NCBI GenBank assembly: GCA_964407105.1
Contig: CAYOUG010000001.1
Location: 8,059 to 72,058, forward strand
Length of the DNA: 64,000 nucleotides
Direction: 5' to 3'
From: an uncultured Candidatus Saccharibacteria bacterium
Lineage (GTDB): Bacteria; Patescibacteriota; Minisyncoccia; Phycocordibacterales; CALRHW01
Part shown: piece after piece, positions 1-9,295 of the stretch
Layout of the letters: every line of letters begins with the position of its first letter
Numbering within the stretch: the first letter of the stretch is position 1
The notes under the pieces: generated by a model
Told to the model about the DNA's origin: nothing
The model's database searches: none
Seen by the model: the letters and a program-made list of their open reading frames with translations, nothing else
Program-made: the position numbers and the translations under genes

Positions 1-764
1 AGTATTAAAGAATAAACACCATTGAAATATGGAACTTTATTGATCGTTTCTTGATAATTTCCAGCGAGTACAAGTGGTACACCAGATGTTTTAGGCCACG
101 CAATAGCTCGAACCTCAACTTTTCCATCAGGAAAATCTGCAGCTTTAAGTTTTACCCAATATTCAGCCACATTTGTTGCTGGATTTTTTTGCATCTCTGT
201 AGAATCAATCCACGCACCACCGTTGGCGCTAAAAGAAACTTTTTGTATTCCGTTTGCATGAAATGCAACAACGCCAACCCGAATTTCTTCACCACTGTTT
301 ATCATTTGAAAAGGAACAGTAGTAAAACGTGCAATTGCTTTTGCTGTGTATCCTGAAGCAGAAGCATTACCAACAGGGGCGGGTTGCGCAGTAGGACCAG
401 AAAATCCAGAACCGGGGGTCAAAAAAAGTGCATCATTACCTGACTGTTGTGGGGGTTGTGTATTTCCACCAGACTGATCAGCTGGTGGATTTGCAAGTGA
501 AAGCGCTAAGTCTATTGCGTCTATAATATTGTTTCCGTCACAATTACCAGGAGTGGTTGGTAGAGCAACACCCCAATTATTAACCACCTGCATCAAAGTA
601 CAATTAGCCTGATATATTGTAGCGAATCCATTTGACCGACTCCAATTTGTAACTAAATCACGGATAGTTTGTGTAGACGTCATAAAAAACGCCACAACAG
701 ACACAACAAGAAGAATGGCAACACAAAACACCTTTAGGTTGGGATACTTTTCAAAAATATTCAT
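1..764 (-). CDS. hypothetical secreted/membrane-anchored protein (3'-partial; runs off window start)
   Basis: ATG at 764 on the minus strand. N-terminal hydrophobic segment (MNIFEKYPNLKVFCVAILLVVSVVAFF...) is followed by a Gly/Pro/Gln-rich linker. No stop codon before position 1, so it is absent from the ORF track because it is incomplete. Confidence 0.4.
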   Translation of the reverse strand, partial: MNIFEKYPNLKVFCVAILLVVSVVAFFMTSTQTIRDLVTNWSRSNGFATIYQANCTLMQVVNNWGVALPTTPGNCDGNNIIDAIDLALSLANPPADQSGGNTQPPQQSGNDALFLTPGSGFSGPTAQPAPVGNASASGYTAKAIARFTTVPFQMINSGEEIRVGVVAFHANGIQKVSFSANGGAWIDSTEMQKNPATNVAEYWVKLKAADFPDGKVEVRAIAWPKTSGVPLVLAGNYQETINKVPYFNGVYSLI

Positions 765-846
765 AATTGGTTTTTAATTGATAAAAATCTTATTCAATTG
801 TAATACGATTGAAATAAAAAAAACAGGCGTTGATAGGTCATCAACA

Positions 847-1698
847 TTAAAACTTAAGAAATATTTTTTTACCAAAACGAAGATCAATATATTTAAAATT
901 ATCAATAAATTTTCGCGGATCTGAAGAGGTTGTTTTATCGTTTAAAATAGATGCGAGATTTGAAAAAACCACAGAAAGATCATCTCTAGTAGTAATATAA
1001 ATAACACCTCCACGCTTAGTATGAAGCTCCACATCTCCATCATCGTAAACAAACACACCCTCTAAAGAAAAACCAAGTTTTTGAATTTCAAGAATAAATG
1101 CATGAATCCGATTAAATAATTCTTTATCTTTGTAAAAATATTCACCGATTGGTTTTTCTGAAAAAACACGTCCATAATATTTAATATATACATCACCAGA
1201 AAAATTTGGTGCTGAAGAAAAAATAAAACCACCCTTGTCTATAAAATAACAATCATTCGTAGGAGTAATTTTGTGCGTTTCTTCACTGTTTGTACTCTTA
1301 CACCACACAGCAAAAGGCTCTCGCAAAGATACTTTAATATTTATCGAGTGTAGATTTACAAAAGAAATTGATGCTGTTTCTAATCGAGAAAAATCTTTTA
1401 ATAGTCCGTTTTCAATTGCTTTTTTTGAATATAAAAAAATATTACTTTTTGAAAAAAGTTTAAAATAATTGCCAGAAATATGTTCTTTGGTGTAAGCAAC
1501 CATTTCATCACCCAACACTTCGTTGTTGCCCTCCAACAGAATGTCACGAATAGAAAAAAAAGAGAGCTGTGAAAGAATAATTGGTGTTGCTAAAATAACC
1601 AAAAACACCACGACTCCGAAAGAAAATTTAAACCACACTTGTTTTCTGCGTTTTTTTGCGAGTTGTGGTGATCTTAATGTAGAGTGGTGCTTAAGCAC
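847..1698 (-). CDS. FtsQ/DivIB-like cell-division protein (TM + POTRA-like domain)
   Basis: 283-aa ORF with an N-terminal basic segment and one TM helix, then a beta-rich domain. C-terminal ...YIDLRFGKKIF resembles FtsQ tails. Sits 2 nt downstream of serS. Confidence 0.45.
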   Translation of the reverse strand: MLKHHSTLRSPQLAKKRRKQVWFKFSFGVVVFLVILATPIILSQLSFFSIRDILLEGNNEVLGDEMVAYTKEHISGNYFKLFSKSNIFLYSKKAIENGLLKDFSRLETASISFVNLHSINIKVSLREPFAVWCKSTNSEETHKITPTNDCYFIDKGGFIFSSAPNFSGDVYIKYYGRVFSEKPIGEYFYKDKELFNRIHAFILEIQKLGFSLEGVFVYDDGDVELHTKRGGVIYITTRDDLSVVFSNLASILNDKTTSSDPRKFIDNFKYIDLRFGKKIFLKF

Positions 1699-1700
1699 GT

Positions 1701-2969
1701 TTATGCTTTCTTAATAACTCCTTTGTTCATATATTTATGAAGAACTTCTGGAATAATAATAGATCCGTCTGATTGCTGATTATTTTCAATAATAGAAATA
1801 AGAATGCGTGGAGATGCAAGCGCTGTATTGTTGAGAGAATGTGCAAATTTGAGTTTTCCATCAAAATCTTTATAACGAATATTTAAACGACGGGTTTGAA
1901 AATCGTGAAAATATGAAGATGAATGAGTTTCACCGTAAGCTTTTTGTCCTGCGCGCCATGTTTCGATATCATATTTTTTTACCTGACCCAAACCAAGATC
2001 ACCACCACAATTCACAACAACGTGATATGGGAGACCGAGCGCCTGAAGAAGTTCTTCTGCATTTTTTGTAAGTTCTTCATGGAATGCCACTGAAGTTTCA
2101 TGATTTGCTTCGCAAAGTACAACCTGCTCAAATTTAAAAAATTCATGTACACGATAAAGACCCTTTACATCTTTTCCATGACTTCCAGCTTCACGACGAA
2201 AACATGGAGAAAATGCAAGCATTTTTAATGGAAATTGCGTTCTGTCTATTACTTCGTCCATAAAATGAGCCATCGTCGCCACCTCAGCTGTACCCGCAAG
2301 ATATTCTCCGTCCTGAGTTTTATACAAATCTTCTTCACCTTGAGGAAGGTATCCTGTACCCAAAAGTGTCTCACGTTTTACAAGTGACGGAACAATCATG
2401 GGTGTAAATCCATTTTTGGTTACAAAATGTTCCATAACAAATTGCCAAAGTGCAAAACTAAGCAGAGCTCCATCGCCTTTCAAAAAATATCCACGAAAAC
2501 CAGCAACCTTTGAACCACGATCAAGATCAACCATGTTCAAATTTTCCATTAATTCAATATGGGTTTTTGGAACAAAATCAAATTTTGGAATCTCTCCCCA
2601 AGTGCGTACCTCTCTATTGTCTGCGTCACTTTCACCTTCTGGCACAGAAATATCTGGCACGTTTGGCACCTGCACCATTGCCATTTGCCAATGTTTCATT
2701 ACTTCTTTCAATTCATCTTCTTGGGTAGAGAGTGCCGTTTTCACTTCTTTCATTTCTTCAATAAACTTTGCACGCTCATCTGGATCAGCTTTCGTTATTT
2801 TTTCATTATACTCATTTTGTTGTGCACGTTTTGATTCTATAGAAACAATAAGTTCTCGACGTTTATCATCATGTACAAGCAATTCATCTACATCAAATGA
2901 AAGGTGCTTTTTGCGAGCGGCTTCTTTAATAAGGTCTTTGTTTTCTCTAATAAATTTAATATCAAGCAT
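1701..2969 (-). CDS. serS: seryl-tRNA synthetase
   Basis: 422 aa with an N-terminal coiled-coil arm and a class II aaRS core; full-length similarity to SerRS. Confidence 0.93.
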   Translation of the reverse strand: MLDIKFIRENKDLIKEAARKKHLSFDVDELLVHDDKRRELIVSIESKRAQQNEYNEKITKADPDERAKFIEEMKEVKTALSTQEDELKEVMKHWQMAMVQVPNVPDISVPEGESDADNREVRTWGEIPKFDFVPKTHIELMENLNMVDLDRGSKVAGFRGYFLKGDGALLSFALWQFVMEHFVTKNGFTPMIVPSLVKRETLLGTGYLPQGEEDLYKTQDGEYLAGTAEVATMAHFMDEVIDRTQFPLKMLAFSPCFRREAGSHGKDVKGLYRVHEFFKFEQVVLCEANHETSVAFHEELTKNAEELLQALGLPYHVVVNCGGDLGLGQVKKYDIETWRAGQKAYGETHSSSYFHDFQTRRLNIRYKDFDGKLKFAHSLNNTALASPRILISIIENNQQSDGSIIIPEVLHKYMNKGVIKKA

Positions 2970-3056
2970 GATGTTTAATTATACGGCTTTTATAGCTCTT
3001 GGCGAGTGTAACTAAATGAGACTTTAACATTTCTTTAGGAAAAAATCATATCAGAA

Positions 3057-4013
3057 ATGGTTGAATTTTTAAATACCCACAAAAACATGAAATACGACAA
3101 ACAATACCCCATTAAAATTCTACCGAAATCAGACTTTCCACCACTACTAAAACATATCAATGATCCGCCACAAACACTCTATATAAGAGGTGTTCTACCA
3201 AACGACCCAGAAACCAAATATCTTTGTGTGGTGGGTTCACGAGCATATACAAATTATGGAGAAGAAGTGTGTAAAACACTCATATCTGGCTTACGAGGAC
3301 AAAACATAATAATAGTATCTGGTCTTGCGCTTGGTATTGATTCAATCGCTCACCGCTCTGCACTCGATGCCAAACTTACCACTATTGCTGTACCGGGTTC
3401 TGGTTTAAATTCCCATGTGCTGTATCCGCGAGCAAACTGGCAATTAGCAGAAAAAATTCTTGATTCTGGTGGAGTAATCATTTCTGAAGAAGAACCCTCC
3501 TATCGCGCCACGCCGTATAGTTTTCCAAAACGCAACAGAATTATGGCGGGGATGTCTCATGCTGTGCTTGTTATAGAAGCCGAGCTTAAATCTGGCACAC
3601 TCATCACATCAAAATACGCAACAGAATACAATAGAGACGTTTTCACAGTCCCCGGCTCTATTTTTTCAAAAAAATCTGATGGGCCACACATGCTTCTAAG
3701 ACTGGGCGCTACACCCGTGAGAAAAAGTGATGATATTTTAGAAGCGCTTGGTTTCAGTGTTGAAGATGAAAATAAAAAAGAAAAAACACCGGAACAAATA
3801 CAAGCGCTTTATCAAAAAACTCTTACACTTTGCACACCCGACGAACGCGCCACGCTCAGCATTCTCGCCGACACATCTCATACGCGCGACGAACTCATTA
3901 GACTTCTCACAAAATCTCTTGAAAAACCAGTTTCAGAAATTACAGCATTACTCATGATGATGGAAATTAAAGATCTTATTGTTGAAAAAATGGGAGAAAT
4001 ATTTATAGTGTAA
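3057..4013 (+). CDS. dprA: DNA processing protein DprA (Smf)
   Basis: 318 aa; Rossmann-like DprA core (GSRAYTNYG...GLALGIDSIAHRSAL...VIEAELKSGTLITSKYA). Lies upstream of topA as in many bacteria. Confidence 0.88.
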   Translation: MVEFLNTHKNMKYDKQYPIKILPKSDFPPLLKHINDPPQTLYIRGVLPNDPETKYLCVVGSRAYTNYGEEVCKTLISGLRGQNIIIVSGLALGIDSIAHRSALDAKLTTIAVPGSGLNSHVLYPRANWQLAEKILDSGGVIISEEEPSYRATPYSFPKRNRIMAGMSHAVLVIEAELKSGTLITSKYATEYNRDVFTVPGSIFSKKSDGPHMLLRLGATPVRKSDDILEALGFSVEDENKKEKTPEQIQALYQKTLTLCTPDERATLSILADTSHTRDELIRLLTKSLEKPVSEITALLMMMEIKDLIVEKMGEIFIV

Positions 4014-4044
4014 ATTTGCAAAAAAAAATTATCTATAGTATTAA

Positions 4045-6264
4045 TTGAGTCACATGAAATTACTTATTGTCGAGTCGCCAGCAAAAGCAAAAACTATTTC
4101 AAAATATTTGGATGGTAAATTTACTGTGAAAGCATCAGTAGGTCATATTCGTGATTTACCAAAAAATAATAAAAAAGCAATCGACATCGAAGGTGGTTTT
4201 ATTCCTCACTATGAAATTTCAAAAGGTAAAGAGAATGTTGTGTCAGAAATAAAAGCGCTCGTAAAAAAAGCAGATGAAATTTATCTTGCTACCGACCCTG
4301 ATCGAGAAGGTGAGGCTATAGCTTGGCATATTGCGCAAGCCACGGGGATTAAAAATCCACAACGTGTCGTTTTTCACGAAATCACCAAAGATGCAGTAAC
4401 AGAAGCAATTCAACATCCGCGCGATATAGACGACAATTTAAAACAAGCTCAAGAAGCACGACGTGTGCTCGATCGTCTTGTGGGTTACGATCTTTCCGGC
4501 ATCATCTGGAAAAAAGTACGCTACGGTCTTTCTGCTGGACGCGTACAGTCGCCAGCTCTTCGTATTCTAATGGAAAGAGAACGAGAAATCCGCGCGTTCA
4601 TTTCTAATAAATTTTGGACAATCACCGCAGATCTTGAAAACACTGCAAAAAATAAACTCACATACACATGCGCGGACGAGCCAACAGATTTTTCTGTTGT
4701 AGAAAAAATTCTCTCTGCGGGAAAAGCTGGTGAATGGAAAATTACAGATATTAAAGAAACAGAAGTAAAACGTTCACCACGTGCACCGTTTACCACGTCC
4801 ACACTTCAACAAGCCGCAAGTTCACGACTTGGTTTTGCTCCATCAAAAACGATGGGGATTGCGCAAAAACTTTATGAAGCTGGACATATTTCATACATGC
4901 GCACAGACAGTACAACCCTTAGCTCACTTGCTATCGAACAAATTTCTGGGGTTATAGAAAAAAAGTTTGGAAAAAATTATCTCTCAGTGCGTGCATATAA
5001 AACAAAAAGTAAAAATGCACAGGAAGCACACGAAGCCGTACGACCAACACATTTTGGTAGTGAAAATGCTGGAACAACCGATGAACAAAAAAAACTTTAT
5101 CGACTTATTTGGCGTCGAGCAGTGGCTTCTCAAATGTCTGATGCAAATACGTTGCGTACACGCGTGACCACAAACATTGGTATAGCAGATGGTGTTGCGG
5201 GCGCTAAAACAGAGGCAATCCCCGATTTTCACGTCAATGGTTCTCGTATTCTTTTTGATGGGTGGTATGCCGCTGATCCCGCCGCTCGACAAGAAGATGT
5301 AGAACTCCCAAAAATGAGTATCGGTGAAGCATTAAAACTTATTGAAATAAAAACGGAAGAAAAAGAAACTCAACCACCAACACGTTATTCTGAAGCGGGT
5401 CTTGTAAAAGAGTTAGAAAAGCGCGGTATCGGTCGCCCATCTACTTACGCAAATATCATTAAAACAATTGTCGATCGTGGATACGTCCTCAAACAAAACA
5501 AAGCACTCGTACCCACAGACATTGGCGATGTTGTGAGCTCGTTTCTCGAAGACAATTTTATGAAATATATCAGTGATTCATTTACTGCTGAAATGGAAGA
5601 TAAGCTCGATGATATTGCAGAAGGAAAAGCTGAATATGAGAAAATTTTAAGCGCCTATTACAAACCATTAGCAAAAGAAGTTAAAGAAAAAGAAAAGCTC
5701 GCAAAAGCCACAGACCTCGGAAAAGCTCCAGCAGAATTTAAATGTCCTGTATGCAAAAGCGACATGATTATCAAACTCAGTAAGAGTGGAAGGTTTATGA
5801 GTTGTGAAAAATTTCCTGAATGTACTGGTGCTCGCACAATAGAAGGAAAAGAACTTGAGGGTCCAAAAGAAACAGGCGAAATGTGTCCTGAATGTAGTAC
5901 AGGTAAACTCATAGAACGCGACGGAAAGTTTGGACGTTTTATCGCATGCAACAATTATCCAAAATGTAAGTTTATTAAAAAAGACGCCGAGCTTGAAAAA
6001 CAAAATTCTACTGGTGTAACATGTCCTATCTGTAAAGATGGAATGATGACTGAACGCAGAGGACGTTTTGGACTTTTTTATAGTTGTAGCAATTATCCAA
6101 AATGTAAGCACGCCATAAAAGCAAAACCGACAGGAAATATTTGTGGCTACATGCGCGAAAACGGCCCGTGTCCTGCGCTAATGATGGAAGGTACGAAAAC
6201 AATTCCCGAGCGATGTTCAGATAAACTGTGTCCAAATCATAATCCGCATAAGTTGGGGAAATAA
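4045..6264 (+). CDS. topA: DNA topoisomerase I with C-terminal zinc-ribbon repeats
   Basis: 739 aa; TOPRIM N-terminus (MKLLIVESPAKAKTISKYL...GHIRDLP) and three C4 zinc-finger repeats (CPVC...C..C, CPEC, CPIC). Confidence 0.95.
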   Translation: MSHMKLLIVESPAKAKTISKYLDGKFTVKASVGHIRDLPKNNKKAIDIEGGFIPHYEISKGKENVVSEIKALVKKADEIYLATDPDREGEAIAWHIAQATGIKNPQRVVFHEITKDAVTEAIQHPRDIDDNLKQAQEARRVLDRLVGYDLSGIIWKKVRYGLSAGRVQSPALRILMEREREIRAFISNKFWTITADLENTAKNKLTYTCADEPTDFSVVEKILSAGKAGEWKITDIKETEVKRSPRAPFTTSTLQQAASSRLGFAPSKTMGIAQKLYEAGHISYMRTDSTTLSSLAIEQISGVIEKKFGKNYLSVRAYKTKSKNAQEAHEAVRPTHFGSENAGTTDEQKKLYRLIWRRAVASQMSDANTLRTRVTTNIGIADGVAGAKTEAIPDFHVNGSRILFDGWYAADPAARQEDVELPKMSIGEALKLIEIKTEEKETQPPTRYSEAGLVKELEKRGIGRPSTYANIIKTIVDRGYVLKQNKALVPTDIGDVVSSFLEDNFMKYISDSFTAEMEDKLDDIAEGKAEYEKILSAYYKPLAKEVKEKEKLAKATDLGKAPAEFKCPVCKSDMIIKLSKSGRFMSCEKFPECTGARTIEGKELEGPKETGEMCPECSTGKLIERDGKFGRFIACNNYPKCKFIKKDAELEKQNSTGVTCPICKDGMMTERRGRFGLFYSCSNYPKCKHAIKAKPTGNICGYMRENGPCPALMMEGTKTIPERCSDKLCPNHNPHKLGK

Positions 6265-6309
6265 AAGCACAGAACATATCCGTCTGTTCTTTTATTTCTC
6301 AATTCATTA

Positions 6310-6417
6310 AAACAATAACACTGTGTCTCGAAAACCACGCATAAAAGCCTGCTGGCTTTTTGCTACGCTCGGCCCGTCGGCCTGCGCGATGCTTTTCTCG
6401 ACACAGTGTTATTGTTT
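6310..6417. repeat. nested-hairpin intergenic repeat element, family 2, copy A
   Basis: 26-bp inverted arms (aaaacaataacactgtgtctcgaaaa / ttttctcgacacagtgttattgtttt) flank a GC-rich core ...gcctgctggctttttgctacgctcggcccgtcggcctgcgcgatgc. The core is near-identical to copy B at 11549-11652. Lies between the convergent topA and parB. Confidence 0.7.
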
Positions 6418-6424
6418 TACAAAT

Positions 6425-7480
6425 CTACACACTAAAATTTTTGATTGAATACAGCTCCTCCTCACTCTCCTGCTTTTCTGTTTTTGAGCGATCGTCAGCA
6501 AGATCTGATGTGAGAATTGGTTCTGGCGTTGAGGTTTCTTGCGATACTACATTTTGCCCCATTACCTCATCTGCATTTATAGATAAAGGTGTGGATGTAT
6601 TTTTCCCAAGTGTCTCAATATGTTTATCAAGCATCGCTGTAGCACCGCGAGATTTTTGCGATTCAAGCATATCTAAAATCGTGCGTAAGTCATCGTTTGA
6701 AAAGAAATCAATAGAAAGCTTTCCCCCATTTTCTTTTCGTTCAATAGACACGCGGGTGCCAAGCGTTTCAGAAAGTTTTTCTTCAAGTTCCACAAGCTCC
6801 GGGTCATGCATGAGCTCTTTCTTACGCACTTTATCAAAAGCAATTTTTCGAGAAATTGCTTCAGCTTCGCGTACTGTAAGTTTTTTGTAAACAATTTCTT
6901 TAAAAAGAGTATTTTGTTCTTCTGGTCTATCAACAAGCATCATGAGCGGACGCGTATGACCTTCAGAAATTTTTCCTGCACCGAGTGCATCAAGAATTTC
7001 CGATGGCAAAGAAAGAATACGGAGCGTGTTACTTACATACTCACGACTTTTACCAACCTTCGCAGCAATTTCGTTGTGCTTAAATTTAAATTCAATAGCA
7101 AGTCGCTCAAACGCTCGCGCACGATCAACAGGATTCAAGTCTTCGCGTTGAATATTTTCTATAATCGCGAGCTCAAGCTTCATAAGGTCGCTGTCATCAC
7201 CAGTTTTAATTAGCACCGGCACCTGTGTAAGACCAGCAAGCTTTGATGCACGCAAACGACGTTCACCGGCAATAATTTCATATTCCACCGCAAGTCCACC
7301 GTCTTCTTTTGGAACCTCTTTACGAGTAACGACAAGCGCCTGAAGTACACCGTATTGGCGAATAGAATCAGCGAGACTTTGGAGTTGCGCCTGATCAAAT
7401 TCGCGCCGTGGTTGAAACGGATTTGGTTTTATTTTATCTACATCCACCCAGAAAACTGAATCGTTGTAATACTGTGACAT
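6425..7480 (-). CDS. parB: chromosome partitioning protein ParB/Spo0J
   Basis: 351 aa; ParB box (VLQALVV...EIIAGERRLRASKLAGL) and HTH. No adjacent parA. Confidence 0.88.
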   Translation of the reverse strand: MSQYYNDSVFWVDVDKIKPNPFQPRREFDQAQLQSLADSIRQYGVLQALVVTRKEVPKEDGGLAVEYEIIAGERRLRASKLAGLTQVPVLIKTGDDSDLMKLELAIIENIQREDLNPVDRARAFERLAIEFKFKHNEIAAKVGKSREYVSNTLRILSLPSEILDALGAGKISEGHTRPLMMLVDRPEEQNTLFKEIVYKKLTVREAEAISRKIAFDKVRKKELMHDPELVELEEKLSETLGTRVSIERKENGGKLSIDFFSNDDLRTILDMLESQKSRGATAMLDKHIETLGKNTSTPLSINADEVMGQNVVSQETSTPEPILTSDLADDRSKTEKQESEEELYSIKNFSV

Positions 7481-7534
7481 GGTGGTTTTATTTTAACATT
7501 GATTTATGCCTAAAATCTAGTAGACTCAGTGCAT

Positions 7535-7616
7535 GCCGTGGTGGCGGAATTGGTAGACGCACACGACTCAAAATCGTGCGGAGCAATCCATGAGAGTTCG
7601 ATTCTCTCCCGCGGCA
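7535..7616 (+). tRNA. tRNA-Leu (anticodon CAA)
   Basis: Cloverleaf: acceptor GCCGTGG/CCGCGGC, anticodon stem cacga/tcgtg with loop CTCAAAA, long variable arm, T-loop TTCGATT. Confidence 0.85.
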
Positions 7617-7663
7617 CAGTTTTTAATCTTGGTTTTTAGTTTTTTGAAAAACACCCACAAACC

Positions 7664-7692
7664 TATTGACATTTACATATTTATGTAATACA
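7664..7692 (+). promoter_or_regulatory. sigma70-like promoter (TTGACA-17-TACAAT) for the repeat-protein gene
   Basis: ttgacatttacatatttatgtaatacaat read directly from the sequence. Confidence 0.4.
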
Positions 7693-7710
7693 ATACTTTT
7701 ACATATGAAT

Positions 7711-8349
7711 GGTATGAAATTTTTCATGTTAATAATCTTGATAGCCATCGTGGCAATTCCACGTATTTCCCTCTCGGAATTTCCGGCTAATTCGCCATAT
7801 CCGGGTGAATTTTATGCTCTGTGTCGTGATGGAATTGATAACGATGGCGACGGAATGATTGATGACGGTCTTACTGTGCCCGGCGTACCCGCCGACCCAG
7901 ATTGTCCTAAATGTTACGATGGTATAGACAATGAGCCAGATGGATTTATAGACTTCGAAGATTCAGATTGTCCACAAAGTGGAGAGGTTCTTGGTGCTAA
8001 TAATTCAAACAATGGAAATAATTTAAATGGCAACAGCAATTTAGATGGTACAAGTAACTTGGACGGAAATAGCAACCTTGATGGTAATAGTAATTTAGAT
8101 GGAAATAGTAATCTAAAAGGAAATAGCAACTTAAAGGGCAACAACAATCTTAATGGTTCAAGTAATTTAAATGGGAATAGTAATCTTTCTAGTAACAACA
8201 ATTTAAACGGCACAAGTAATCTTGGTGGCAATAGCAACTTAAATGGAAACAGTAATCTAAACGGAAATAGCAACCTTGATGGTAACAGTAATTTAGATGG
8301 AAATAGTTTTGGTGATGACTGTCATTGTCATTGTGGTTGTGACTGGTAA
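7711..8349 (+). CDS. secreted acidic protein: Cys/DxDxDG calcium-binding-like motifs, 17 tandem G-N-S-N-L-D/N/K hexapeptides, C-terminal CHCHCGC cluster
   Basis: Start at MKFFMLIILIAIVAIP (signal/TM). CRDGIDNDGDGMIDDG and CYDGIDNEPDGFIDFEDSDC motifs. The 18-bp DNA repeat at 8005-8310 encodes GNSNLD-type units. C-terminus is DDCHCHCGCDW. Confidence 0.6.
   Translation, partial: GMKFFMLIILIAIVAIPRISLSEFPANSPYPGEFYALCRDGIDNDGDGMIDDGLTVPGVPADPDCPKCYDGIDNEPDGFIDFEDSDCPQSGEVLGANNSNNGNNLNGNSNLDGTSNLDGNSNLDGNSNLDGNSNLKGNSNLKGNNNLNGSSNLNGNSNLSSNNNLNGTSNLGGNSNLNGNSNLNGNSNLDGNSNLDGNSFGDDCHCHCGCDW
8005..8310 (+). repeat. 18-bp tandem repeat (~17 units) encoding the hexapeptide GNSNL(D/N/K)
   Basis: Repeating ggNaaYagYaaYYTNgaY units are visible. 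The minus-strand ORF 7914..8273 is the mirror-image artefact of this repeat. Confidence 0.85.
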
Positions 8350-8358
8350 TGTGAGCTT

Positions 8359-9270
8359 ATGAATGCTCAAAAAAAACTTATTGTAATACTTGGACCAACA
8401 GCTTCTGGAAAAAGTTCACTTGCTGTTGAGATAGCTCGTGATCTAAAAAAAGACGAAATTAATGCAGAAATTATTTCTGCGGACTCACGACAGATATATA
8501 CAGGCCTTGATATTGGCACAGGAAAAATATCACACAAGGAGATGATGGGAATACCCCACCATCTCCTTGATGTTTGTAGTCCCAAAAAATGCAGATTTAC
8601 TGTGGCAGATTTTCAGCGCCGCGCGCATGCGGCTATCGCCGCAATGCATGCGCGCGGCGCAATCCCCATTCTCTGTGGCGGTACCGGCTTTTATATCCAA
8701 TCAATAGTAGACAACATTACTCTACCCGAAGTTCCACCCAACAAAAAACTTCGCGTAAAACTTGAGAAACAAAGCACTGAGAAACTTTTTGAAACTCTCA
8801 AAAAACTCGATTTGAAACGTGCTCGGGGAATTGATGCGTTCAACAGACCACGCCTCATTCGTGCAATTGAAATCGCAACAGCTCTTGGAAAAGTACCCGC
8901 TGTAAAATCGCGGCCACTGTATGATGTTTTGCAAATTGGAATTATGACAGATGAGAAAAAATTGCGAGCACGCATTCACGAACGCCTTTTTGCACGCATG
9001 AAAAAAGGCATGCTGACCGAAGCAAAAAAACTTCACGCCCGCGGACTTTCATACACACGCATGAATGAGCTTGGTTTGGAATACAAATACCTTGCCTTGT
9101 TTTTACAGAAAAAAATCTCACGCGCAGAAATGCTTAAAACACTTGAACAAGAAATCTGGCACTACGCAAAACGCCAAATGACGTGGTTTAAAAAGGATAC
9201 ACGCATTGCGTGGTTTCCTCTTTCAAAGAAGGTTACGATTAAAAAAGTGGTGCGAAATTTTTTGAAATAA
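8359..9270 (+). CDS. miaA: tRNA dimethylallyltransferase
   Basis: 303 aa; P-loop GPTASGKS followed by the IISADSRQIY motif. Confidence 0.9.
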   Translation: MNAQKKLIVILGPTASGKSSLAVEIARDLKKDEINAEIISADSRQIYTGLDIGTGKISHKEMMGIPHHLLDVCSPKKCRFTVADFQRRAHAAIAAMHARGAIPILCGGTGFYIQSIVDNITLPEVPPNKKLRVKLEKQSTEKLFETLKKLDLKRARGIDAFNRPRLIRAIEIATALGKVPAVKSRPLYDVLQIGIMTDEKKLRARIHERLFARMKKGMLTEAKKLHARGLSYTRMNELGLEYKYLALFLQKKISRAEMLKTLEQEIWHYAKRQMTWFKKDTRIAWFPLSKKVTIKKVVRNFLK

Positions 9271-9295
9271 ATAAAAAATAAACCTATCTTAAAAC

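Noticed and set aside
2398-3015. 205-aa plus-strand ORF and other multi-hundred-nt antisense ORFs inside serS, gyrB (13147..13761), groEL and copA
   Set aside because: They lie entirely antisense within well-supported conserved genes. They are low-complexity translations with no start signals.
6360-6890. 176-aa plus-strand ORF starting MLRSARRPARCFS, and the identical N-terminus on ORF 10278..11603
   Set aside because: Both N-termini are translations of repeat-element copies A and B. The first ORF is antisense to parB. The second overlaps tRNA-Tyr. The real alr start is MKKDLERKG at 11420.
7914-8273. 119-aa minus-strand ORF rich in LLFPFKLL repeats
   Set aside because: It is the mirror-image reading of the 18-bp tandem repeat inside the plus-strand GNSNLD-repeat protein.
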